DNA of 64,000 nt from Paramoeba atlantica (lineage: Eukaryota; Protista; Discosea): assembly GCA_977017575.1 (NCBI GenBank), contig CDRNVI010000002.1, positions 1-64,000 on the forward strand, read 5' to 3'. Both the position numbers and the translations under genes were made by a program. Below the pieces are notes generated by a model. It was not told the origin of the DNA. It was given only the letters and a program-made list of their open reading frames with translations, and did no database searches. This document shows positions 19,850-29,449 of the stretch, one piece after another (positions within the stretch are counted from its first letter, which is position 1; each line of letters opens with the position of its first letter).

Positions 19850-22800
19850 CTACATGGGAGCTTTGAATTCACAGACACTTGACTTTTTAAATTTACGACG
19901 TTTTGCCGCGAACCTTTTCCACCTTTCAACGGCTGCTTCCTCTGAGTATCCGTGATCTAGATCATTTTCCAATCTTTCAATGCTGATTTCGGGTTCATAT
20001 GTGTATTCTACACAAAGTCTTTTGCCGCGCCCATACTCCGTAGAAAGGACTTTATTAGCTGCATGTTCCCAATTGTAAACAGCTCTTTCAATAATAAAAC
20101 GAGTTTTAGCGCAGACCTCTTCCCAGTTGTTTATAAGAGGAAGATCCTGAAAGGATGTCAACTTTAAAGTGTTCTGATCATGTTCATTGAGAGCCAAAAG
20201 AGAATTCAACCGTCCACTATCACGTATCGGGATATTTTCGACTTCATTTAATGCAGCGACCCGTTTTTTCATGAGAAGTAACACGTTCTTTTGCTTCATG
20301 TCCGCAATATTAAGTCGCCGTTGCTCGATCCGAACTCCGCAAACTAAAAACAAAACACGAACATGATTCTTTTGACCGAATCTACATAATCTGTGTTGTG
20401 CCTGTTCGTCGTTTGCAGGCGTATAATCGACATCAAAAAAGATGCAAATATTCGAAACCTGCAAGCCGTCTATCCCGTACGCAGCACTTTTCATACTAGC
20501 AAGAAAAACATTAACATTTTCTGATTGAAACATTTCAACAAGTCGGCGTCTTTCACTCCTTCCAGTATTTCCATGAAGAGTGACGAAGTCATATCTACGG
20601 AAAGTGAAGTATTCCTGAAGCAAATCGATGATTCTTATGCGTTGCGCAAAAATAACAGTCTTTCTCTTTAATTGCCTCATGCGACTCAGAATGATGTCCA
20701 ACGCTAAAAATTTGCCACTCGATCGCATTAGCCATTCTTCCTGTTTGCTAAGATACTTTAACAAGGAGTTCCTTTGTTGTTCAATCGCGGCGTCATAGAG
20801 GTCTGAAACACCTTCCACGGCCGCTGGATGAGAGCATAAAAGGGTTTCTATACTAGACTTTCGAAAGGTTCTACGAAAAGCAAACTCCTTTGTGTAGTCC
20901 GTGTAAGACTCCAAACCTCTTGCGGATAATTCCAAAAGTTTTTCTTGCAAGGCGGAGATTCCACATTGTATGTAATGAGTGCTTTTGGTTGGAAGCTTTA
21001 TTCCGACGTCATCTCCCGTTCGACGTAACATAAACGGCCTGATCACTTGATGTAGTCGAAGTATTAATATTTCACGTTCTTCGTCCGTCAAGTCGGTAGC
21101 GGTCATTTCCCAGTATTCTTGTGAAACTATGACTTTATCTTTGTCAACCCCTATTGATTTTTGTAAACTAGAACTCTGAAGAGGGTCACTGAAACTCTCT
21201 AAAAATCCAGATATATTACCGAACACCTTTGGGTTAATGTAGTTAAGCAATGACCAGAGTTCACGTACCTTGTTTTTCATAGGTGTCCCCGTTAAAAGAA
21301 GTTTATGAGAACAGCGAATATCGCGCAAGGCAGCCGTGGTCTTACTATTTAAATTACTTGCAATGTGACCCTCGTCCACGACAACATACCCCCAATGAAT
21401 ACGTTCAAATTGTGCAGTGCTCAAGCCATAAGTCAATTCGATACGAGCTGCAATGACAATGTCTGTAAAGCCATCGAGACTGATCGTGCACAAGAGAAAC
21501 AGAGCCTCGTTCGCGTTTTTAGAATTCGGACAAAGAGTTGCTCGAAGACACGTGCTATTTCTGCGACGAAACAGAGTTGTTAGAGGTAATTGGTCCGTAT
21601 CACATACTTCGGAGATAAATTGTAGAGCGGGATAAGGACTGCGCCCTGATGACAATGTTGATAATAGTCCATTTCTATCCTTGGTCCCCATTATACGAAC
21701 ACGAATCTTTGGAGCCCACCGAGCGAACTCATCCGCCCACTGCTGTACTAAACTCACTGGACATATTACTATGTGAGGCCCCGGATATTTTTCAACGCAA
21801 AGTAGATGACAGAAAAGTGCTATGGTCTGTACTGTTTTCCCCAGACCCATCAAGTCAGCAAGGATACCGTTCAGGTTGTTATGGTAAAGGGAAATCAACC
21901 ATTCTACACCCGTTATTTGAAAAGGCTTGAGTTGACCGCCTGAGAGCCAGCTTGGCTGTTTTCCTTCCAACTTTACCTCTTTCATGTGCGTCAGTTTGTA
22001 GGTACGATGAAGATTATTCACATATTGAGCAAGCTCGGCAAAATCTGTTTCTTCGTTCCCGCAGAAGCGGCTGCCGACGTTGTCTAGAAGAGTCGTCGTA
22101 CTACGCTGCATTACATGATCTGAAAAGCGAGCACCAATATCCTTTAAAAAATCGTCTGTTTTCCGCAAGATGATCAAAAAGTTAGACAACTTTTGGGTGC
22201 TTAACACTCTGGCATGAGCCGCAGGATCGTTCTCGCGCAAATATTTTAGCCTTCGAGCAAAAATAACTTGTGAAAGTTCTAGTGCCTTTGACTCCATTTC
22301 CTTAGATAGATTCTTTGCGTTCTTCAAATTTGTCTCCCTTTTAAGCTGTTGAGCTCTTTGGAAATTGACAGCATCTTCGCAAATCTGTAACTGTGAATGG
22401 GTCAACTCTTTACTTTCACACTCTGTGTAATTGTAATCCCGACTCAAATCTTCACGATAAGAATTGCATGCTTGATTCTTCTCTCGCTTCCTAAAGTTGA
22501 ACGCATGACCGGCTGAAAGCAAACTGCGACAAAGAATGGACGACGTCGACCTATATGAATAGTCTTTCCGTATTGGAAAAATATTTTGCAATTGAATACG
22601 GTGTCGCACTGAATCCTCAGAGAAATTGAAGCTTGGAGAAAGCAAGTCAAGTACATTTTCACCATCGCTGAATTCGTAAAGAATTTGCGGCAGGCTACCT
22701 TCCGAACTGGCGTACTGTTCAAGGGAGTTGTACACTGCTCGTTGAAAGGATCGTTCTTCCAGACAAAAAGCATTTATAGAAGACTCATCATCTTCAGTTT

Positions 22801-22948
22801 TGACGAAGGCAGCTCCAACGAACTTAACTGGGGTACGCTCTTTATTTTTTTTCATAGAAAGGCGTAGAGAAGCCATTCGAATATGTCTGCGCACTTCCAC
22901 ACACGCAGCAAGGCTCAAATTCAGAGAGTGGTCAGAAAACTGCATCAA
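19850..22948 (-). CDS. SNF2-family chromatin-remodelling ATPase (Snf2/BRM-like)
   Basis: LKPFQITGVEWLISLYHNNLNGILADLMGLGKTVQTI; DEGH; LLLTGTPMKNKVRELWSLLNY; RSSGKF; QAQHRLCRFGQ; HSA-like region upstream. Confidence 0.93.
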   Translation of the reverse strand: MMQFSDHSLNLSLAACVEVRRHIRMASLRLSMKKNKERTPVKFVGAAFVKTEDDESSINAFCLEERSFQRAVYNSLEQYASSEGSLPQILYEFSDGENVLDLLSPSFNFSEDSVRHRIQLQNIFPIRKDYSYRSTSSILCRSLLSAGHAFNFRKREKNQACNSYREDLSRDYNYTECESKELTHSQLQICEDAVNFQRAQQLKRETNLKNAKNLSKEMESKALELSQVIFARRLKYLRENDPAAHARVLSTQKLSNFLIILRKTDDFLKDIGARFSDHVMQRSTTTLLDNVGSRFCGNEETDFAELAQYVNNLHRTYKLTHMKEVKLEGKQPSWLSGGQLKPFQITGVEWLISLYHNNLNGILADLMGLGKTVQTIALFCHLLCVEKYPGPHIVICPVSLVQQWADEFARWAPKIRVRIMGTKDRNGLLSTLSSGRSPYPALQFISEVCDTDQLPLTTLFRRRNSTCLRATLCPNSKNANEALFLLCTISLDGFTDIVIAARIELTYGLSTAQFERIHWGYVVVDEGHIASNLNSKTTAALRDIRCSHKLLLTGTPMKNKVRELWSLLNYINPKVFGNISGFLESFSDPLQSSSLQKSIGVDKDKVIVSQEYWEMTATDLTDEEREILILRLHQVIRPFMLRRTGDDVGIKLPTKSTHYIQCGISALQEKLLELSARGLESYTDYTKEFAFRRTFRKSSIETLLCSHPAAVEGVSDLYDAAIEQQRNSLLKYLSKQEEWLMRSSGKFLALDIILSRMRQLKRKTVIFAQRIRIIDLLQEYFTFRRYDFVTLHGNTGRSERRRLVEMFQSENVNVFLASMKSAAYGIDGLQVSNICIFFDVDYTPANDEQAQHRLCRFGQKNHVRVLFLVCGVRIEQRRLNIADMKQKNVLLLMKKRVAALNEVENIPIRDSGRLNSLLALNEHDQNTLKLTSFQDLPLINNWEEVCAKTRFIIERAVYNWEHAANKVLSTEYGRGKRLCVEYTYEPEISIERLENDLDHGYSEEAAVERWKRFAAKRRKFKKSSVCEFKAPM

Positions 22949-23258
22949 TTCATTAAATTCGCTTTAACAAGCTCATGAAGCAACGCGCGCAGAAACATTT
23001 TTCTTCGAGAAATAAAGAATTTTAGATGAATACTTGCAATGTGAATGTCAATTCACATGTATTGTACCGTGTGTATTGTACTTTCAAGTAGATTGTATGG
23101 TTATAAATCAAAGGAATGGGTGGAGAAACATTAAGCAATCTCGTTCCATGTCGGAATGATTTCAAAGTCCGCGAAAGCAAAGTTCTTGATTGTCTTGATA
23201 TCACATCAGTGGTCAGTATTTGCTAACGGAATTCGCAAAATAAAATACCGACTCCGAT

Positions 23259-24299
23259 TCATGCAATAAATTTTCGTATTTTTCTCTGCTTGGGCTTACC
23301 CTCACGATTATCATAGCACGATAGTACATGAGAACGATGAGAACTCTTTACCACTTTTAAACAGAGAGGACATTTTTCATCTATTACGCATTGCCCAATA
23401 AGCAAAGTCAGTTGCTCATCTTTTTCATTTGACGTCGATTTAGATTTTCTCTTACGTGCGCGTTCTTCTCGTCGGGAACGGTGTTCCTCAGCAGCCTCCT
23501 CTTGCCGTTTTCTCCGACACATTTGGTCATATGCATCACGTGAAACATTAGTATAGAGATAACCAAACACTTGACGGCACCCTGGACAACGGACCCGTTT
23601 CTCATAAAATGGCGGATCATATGAGACCACCTTGTTGCAAAGCGGACAGTAGTGCAACGCACTATATGAACCAAACTCAAGAAGACAACCCTCACAGTGA
23701 ACCTTGTGACCTCGAGACATGAACAATGTATACAAGTCCTTATTATCGAAACAGCAGGGTCGGGACTTGGGCCCACAGCGAGGACAACGGATGGGGGTTC
23801 GGTAGCAATGTCGGTTTCGCTTCTCCAGTTCGTCCCTCGTCAGTACTGCAATGGGAGGCTCCTCACTGTCTCCCATACCTTCAGAAAACTCCCCTTTTTC
23901 TTCTTCGGACGAAATTTCCTCTTCTTTAATTGGACGTCTCCGTTTTGCTCCGGAAGAACTTCTTTGTCGGGACTCGTTTTGCGCTGTTTCTTCAGTTTCC
24001 GTCGCAGTGAGTTTAGCTGCCCCTTTATTGCCAGTGGAAGGCTTCCCTTTTCTTAGAGTCTGCTTTCTTCGCACTTCACTCATAACGGAATCGTAAGCGC
24101 GAACCAGCACTTGAAACGCTTCCGTGGCTTCTGCAATATTTTTGTTCTTATCTGGGTGAAGAGCTTTTACCAAACCGAGGTAAGCACCGCGTAGAACATC
24201 GTTAGAACTTGATGAATCAAGAGGTGAACCAGGGCTTAGCGAAGCAAGAACGGCAAAAGGTCTTTCTCGGCGCTCAAGTACCCGTGAGACGAGCTCCAT
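23259..24299 (-). CDS. J-domain protein with multiple Cys-rich zinc-binding motifs
   Basis: AYLGLVKALHPDKNKN..EAFQVLVRAY; CPRC, CEGC, CPLC, CPGC and C-terminal CPLC-x8-HxxxC; ATG at 24299. Confidence 0.85.
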   Translation of the reverse strand: MELVSRVLERRERPFAVLASLSPGSPLDSSSSNDVLRGAYLGLVKALHPDKNKNIAEATEAFQVLVRAYDSVMSEVRRKQTLRKGKPSTGNKGAAKLTATETEETAQNESRQRSSSGAKRRRPIKEEEISSEEEKGEFSEGMGDSEEPPIAVLTRDELEKRNRHCYRTPIRCPRCGPKSRPCCFDNKDLYTLFMSRGHKVHCEGCLLEFGSYSALHYCPLCNKVVSYDPPFYEKRVRCPGCRQVFGYLYTNVSRDAYDQMCRRKRQEEAAEEHRSRREERARKRKSKSTSNEKDEQLTLLIGQCVIDEKCPLCLKVVKSSHRSHVLSCYDNREGKPKQRKIRKFIA

Positions 24300-24447
24300 T
24301 TCATTCAATATTAATAACTGAAACTTGTAAAAAAGCTGAAATGTGCGAAAAATAGAAAAAAAATTACATCTTAAAAATAAGTCCACGTCTTTTAAAATCC
24401 TGTGGGCTCACTATGTGAAGGAACTGACCCGGTCTAGTTCGTGCGAA

Positions 24448-25542
24448 CTACGCATACGACGAGAAACGTATCCCCAGCCCCTGACAGCATTGCTCCACTA
24501 ACTCGGGAGGGAGGGAGGTGCGGTACTTTGCATGAGCCTCGGCGTGGGGCAACACATCACTGTCTGGTCCCACACCGACACACCCTCTGTGGTGAGACAC
24601 CAGTCGCACATACTCCCCGTGGCAAATCTGTGCCACATCGGATAGCTCCGGATACTGTGGCAGCGAAGTGAGAGGGGTGTAGCCCAGACCATCAAAGTCG
24701 GGTAGCGTCGCCTCCCCCGCAATGCGCCGCGATCCACCCTTTTTTCGTATCGCGTCCTCTTCGGCGTGAAGTGTCCCGAATACGTCACGATGGACAAAGC
24801 GGAATGCTTTCTCCAAGGTTCCTTTCGTGACCAATCTGGTGTTGTAGTCATCCGTGAGCGTGTTGGAGGCTCTCCGATGGTGCCGTTTTCGGGAGCGGAC
24901 ATAGTCCTCGGTGATATCTTTTTCTCGAGCCGCGACGAAAAAGCTGATCAATGTGATTGCCTGATTGGGAGTGAGCTGTGCCGCGTACTGCTCCATGCAG
25001 GGGTAGCGGAAAGCTTGATATCTCCGATCCATGAGTGGCATCGTTGCCTCGGACGAAGCCTCGTCGGAGACGTCCAGAAAGGTGAGATGGGGGAAATAGA
25101 ACATGGGCCCCGGTCCCACAACCCACACAAAACTGTGAGATGCTAGAAGTGTACATGGGCTTAAAATGGATCGGGTTATGGATCCGTGAAAAACGACGTG
25201 GCGTTGACTGGACATTGCACGAACCCACTGTGACTCAGTGGGGAGTGACTTCTTAAGCTCCGCCGTGCTGAACCAGGATACCTCGTCGAAGTAGGAGCCT
25301 GAGGTCTGAGGCACCACGTCGGATTTGTCACTCTTTCCGGATTTTCGAGACTGCGTCGAATTTGACGGAAGTTTCTTGCCAGCGTATAATAGAAGCAAGG
25401 CTTCCCGGAGAAACTGCGAGGCCATGTACATCCCAGCCGTAGAGGGAGAGCGCACCACGGTGATACACCCTTTGTTCTTCTTATTGGCACTGTTTATGAT
25501 CTCTGTAAAGATACGATACTCCGTGGCAAAAGTTGTCTCCAT
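24448..25542 (-). CDS. Hypothetical protein, ORC5-like (degenerate AAA+ plus winged helix)
   Basis: TLISFFVAA..RKRHHRR and terminal KYRTSLPPELVEQCCQGLGIRFSSY resemble ORC5 C-terminal motifs; no intact Walker A. Confidence 0.45.
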   Translation of the reverse strand: METTFATEYRIFTEIINSANKKNKGCITVVRSPSTAGMYMASQFLREALLLLYAGKKLPSNSTQSRKSGKSDKSDVVPQTSGSYFDEVSWFSTAELKKSLPTESQWVRAMSSQRHVVFHGSITRSILSPCTLLASHSFVWVVGPGPMFYFPHLTFLDVSDEASSEATMPLMDRRYQAFRYPCMEQYAAQLTPNQAITLISFFVAAREKDITEDYVRSRKRHHRRASNTLTDDYNTRLVTKGTLEKAFRFVHRDVFGTLHAEEDAIRKKGGSRRIAGEATLPDFDGLGYTPLTSLPQYPELSDVAQICHGEYVRLVSHHRGCVGVGPDSDVLPHAEAHAKYRTSLPPELVEQCCQGLGIRFSSYA

Positions 25543-25839
25543 GTGATGACGAAAAAAGTGACTAGGCCGGGTTGAACGGAGTCATGTGAACATCAACTGC
25601 AATGTCTGGAAAACTCTGTACAGTCACGTGTATCAGAAGTAACAGAAGAGAAAAAAATGTTTTAAACGACATATTTATTTCATACATTTCGTTTCGTACA
25701 TTTCGTCTGACATTAATGGGTTTATTGTAAATAAATTGTCGTACTTACATGAAAAAGAATACGTTTTTTTTCAACGATGTTCTCTTAATAGCAGAAAAGT
25801 ATATTACATGTACTATACCTTAGTACGTTACGCGGAGAT

Positions 25840-26622
25840 CTACTCATTGTATAGTGCATTGAAGTTTAGATCCTGTCTAGAATTACCGGAGTTATACCCA
25901 GAAATCAAAGAGTTCCCTTTATCTCTGTTCAAGCCCAGCCCAGAAATAAAAGAGTCCCCTTTATCTTTGTTCATCAAATTTCGGGCAATAGCGTAGTACG
26001 CTAAAACCATGATCAGAAGCCGGCGCGCCCACTGCAGAGTTCCGGAACTCCGAAAGCGCGACCAAAATGACAGCAAAACCGACTTCACGGAGCGAGGACG
26101 CAAACCGCTACTCAACTCCTCAACCTCCTCTCCCTGCGGCAACAAAAACTCCCCACACTCCGTCTTCCACCCCGAAAGACGCGTCGCAAAATGCAACAAC
26201 GTACCCGCGGACGACTGCACCGTATGCGCCACCATCCCCAACATATCCATCACACGTGTGAGCAACATAAACATGGCATGCCCCCGTTGCTCCAAATCCC
26301 CCAAAACCCCTCCTCCGGACATCCCCCCGTACCCCATTCCCCCATACCCCATTCCCCCGTACCCCATCCCCCCATAGCCCATCCCCCCGTAGCCCATCCC
26401 TCCCATCCCCCCTCGGGGTAGCCCGGTGCCGTAGCCATAGGGACGGTGCCCGGCGGGGGGGACACCGTACCCCGTGTTGTCGTAGGGCGCAGTCCCCGCT
26501 GTCGCGTTCAGGTCGTCGTGACTCCCCGAGAGGGCGGAGGAGGAGACGGGAGGGGTGGCATGGGGAGCACGGGAGTGGGAGGAGGAGCTTTGTGGGTGTG
26601 CGTTCCAAGGCTTGGGAGGCAT
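25840..26622 (-). CDS. PEX13: PEX13-like peroxin (YG-rich, no SH3; PEX13.2-type)
   Basis: MPPKPW start, GGMGY x5, then FMLLTRVMDMLGMVAHTVQSSAGTLLHF and a TM segment; ATG at 26622. Confidence 0.7.
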   Translation of the reverse strand: MPPKPWNAHPQSSSSHSRAPHATPPVSSSALSGSHDDLNATAGTAPYDNTGYGVPPAGHRPYGYGTGLPRGGMGGMGYGGMGYGGMGYGGMGYGGMGYGGMSGGGVLGDLEQRGHAMFMLLTRVMDMLGMVAHTVQSSAGTLLHFATRLSGWKTECGEFLLPQGEEVEELSSGLRPRSVKSVLLSFWSRFRSSGTLQWARRLLIMVLAYYAIARNLMNKDKGDSFISGLGLNRDKGNSLISGYNSGNSRQDLNFNALYNE

Positions 26623-27291
26623 GGAGGGGGTTGTTGTTGTAACCAATGAATAAAAATGGATGGGGTTGGGGAAATAAAAATTTGGTTTACTACAATAGTT
26701 TTGGTACAATTGTTTATACAATGTTGTTAACCCCGGGGTCGGATTACCGTTTAAATTGCACATTATCGTTTAAATATGAATTTAAACGGTAACCCGACAG
26801 ACGGGTTAATAGGGAATATACTTCCGTATAGAAGATGAATTTTTTTTATAGAGAAAAAACTAAAAAGAAGAGGTAAAGTGTAGTGCGTTCTGTGTGTGTG
26901 TGTGTGTGGTAAAGGTAGAATGCTAGTTGTGAATGTTGTTAGCAATTTTGGGTGCATTGGTGATGATTGTGTTCCTACCTCTGCAGTCAAAAGGTAAAAT
27001 GAGATACATGAGGGGCTGCGGGTCGCGGGTTCGGTGCGGGTATTACAACAATTTTCTCTCTCTTCAGGCATTCCAGGCACTGAAGTAGAAAATCAAAATT
27101 AGATAAATCAAAATAAGAATAAGAATGGAAAGATCCCATCCTTTAATTAACCTACTAAATTTTCAGGATCCATTTACAAGGAACCATAAATAAGTTCACA
27201 ATCTACAATATGATGACGTAGTTTACACTTCCCGATTCGAAAACGATGCGATAATCTCTTTTATTATTACGTACGCTTCTGAGAGGGGAAA

Positions 27292-27959
27292 CTACAGGGA
27301 AGGAAAGCGCATCACGCGAGAGGAACGTGGCTTCAAAGAAACTTCCCCAAGCGAAGGTTGAGGGAGCGAGGAAGGTTGAGTGCGCGAGCTGGGTGAAGAG
27401 ATCACCATAGAAGAAAGGGATTCCTCTGCGGCGTTTTCTTTACCCTGGCCACTCTTCCGTTTGCGCCACAGAGTGCATGATCTGGAACGCTTTCCTGAAA
27501 CAGAACGCCACACGTTCTCCACGAACTCCCCCACAGCTCCATCATGGGGAGGGGTGTAGAGAGGGTTCTGTTCCAAGAAAGCTTCCAGATCACGCGTCGC
27601 CTCTGCAAGGAAGTAGACCCCTCGTGGCAGGCAATCCAGGAGAAGGTGTCCTCGACGCTCCACAAGGTGGAAGATGACACGCTGCAGCACTTGGGCGCTA
27701 ACCTCCACACCACACACAGCGCGTGTGGCATGTAAGTAGCTGTCCATCGTGCGCGATACGCGCCTCATGCAATCTTCCACCTTGACTCCCAACTCCTCCT
27801 CGGTGATAACGAGCGCTGGGGGGGGGCGAAAGTAGTTTTGCGCTTCGTAAAGGTGCGCGTAAGCGATGCGACAATGACGTCGTATACGTCATCATCGCTC
27901 GGAGATGTGACTTTCATACGCGAGATGAACGCTTCGTTGCTCTCAACAGGGCTCATCAT
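27292..27959 (-). CDS. Hypothetical protein (~220 aa) split by a frameshift in a C9 run
   Basis: ORF 27765-28043 (MMSPVESNEAF..TTFAPP) joins ORF 27292-27792 (ALVITEEELGVKVEDCMRR..) if the G9 run at 27818-27826 had one more base. Confidence 0.6.
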
Positions 27960-28317
27960 ATAAAAAGGAGGATAATGTAAAAGAATTATGCATGTATGTG
28001 GAGGGTATATTAATTGTACATTTGATTTGTGTAATGCATACACCGTTCGTATACAACACCGTATACAGCGTACACCGTATTTTCACAGTAAGGCGGCTAT
28101 GTACGGTAACAAACTAAAAAAATTACACTTTAAGCTACTTTATACGTGTACAATCCATTTTTTTGGGCTGAAATAGACCTTGTTCGACCTCAAATGCAAA
28201 GCGCGGGTTCGGTGATGCATACACGCAGCCGCTCACATGTACAAAAGAAACTAAATAATTTACATGTGTAAATAACTACTATGTGATGATATTTTCATTA
28301 GGCAACTTCAATTTAAT

Positions 28318-29345
28318 TACTATCCCCCCCTATTTAGTGTTGAGTGAAATTCGGAAAAATTCAACACTAAATAGGAGGGGTAAGAAATCTCCTCCCCTCA
28401 AAAAAAAAGCGCGCCGCTTCGCGGCGCATTGTTTTCAAAACCATGATTATAGTATTTTTTTCACTCGGTTGGGGATACATCTTTATGAACGCTGTGGGGC
28501 ATTGCCCCACGCTGTGGGGGTATATATTTCACAAACTGAACAAAAACCTGCCTTGATTCTTCTCTGGGATTGCTGCTCTGTACATACCACGCGCTCTGTA
28601 CTTATCACGCGCAACGAAGACACTTTTTCATGGTTGCGAATTGTGTACATTCCAGCAAAGTGCACATGAAGACTTCAGCCTTGCGATGTGGGTCTTTTTA
28701 ACCGTTTGAAGCCAAAACTATTAGACTACCTAATCATGACCTTACTGAAATACTGTCAGAGTCAATACACTGAGGGAAAGCGACACTCGGTCGATAGGAG
28801 CAAAAATAAGCAGAGCACGGCTTCTTGACAGTATTATCAAAACGTACGCCCACCTTAATGATAATCAGAACAGGTATGCCAATGGTCAAGCGTGGAGTAA
28901 GGTCGGAATTTCGCCGGAAAGTCTAAATAAGCCAGAAAACATCCTTGAAGCGATTCGCCGGGCGAGCGAACTGTTTGCAGTGATACCGGTTCTTGATGCA
29001 GCAGAAAAAATGAAGAGGACATAATTTCCCCTGAAAGTGCTGATCACCCCTTTGTTTTGTAAAAGCCTTCGCAAATTTATTTACCACCAGTAGTTAATTT
29101 TTTAGATAAATTTGTTGTTAGGAAGAGCGCTTCTCTCGACGCATTCATTTTTGCTATAAATTATATTTATAAAAATCAATGAGAGGGAGAGTAAACAATC
29201 ACAAATAACAAGCAAAGATAAGAAAAAAAACGTTATGGGGAAAAAAAATTAAGCGACGCTTCGCGGCGCCTATACGCACCGAACCCAAAATTCAACACTA
29301 AATAGGGGGGGTTGAGCACTCAATAGTAAATAGGGGGGGACAGTA
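28318..29345 (+). mobile_element. Internally deleted pogo/Tigger-like (DDE_1) DNA transposon with TIRs and TA ends
   Basis: Left TACTATCCCCCCCTATTTAGTGTTGAG versus right (reverse complement) TACTGTCCCCCCCTATTTACTATTGAG; internal ALILLWDCCSVH..LRIVYIPAKCT*RLQPCDVGLFNRLK and later AWSKVGISP. Confidence 0.88.
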
Positions 29346-29449
29346 ATATAAAAAGAAAAATACTAATGGAATGGTACTTTGACGGGCGAGTGGAAAGTAA
29401 TAAACAAAAATTATGAAAAAGAAAGCAAACCATAAACAAGAAGATATTT

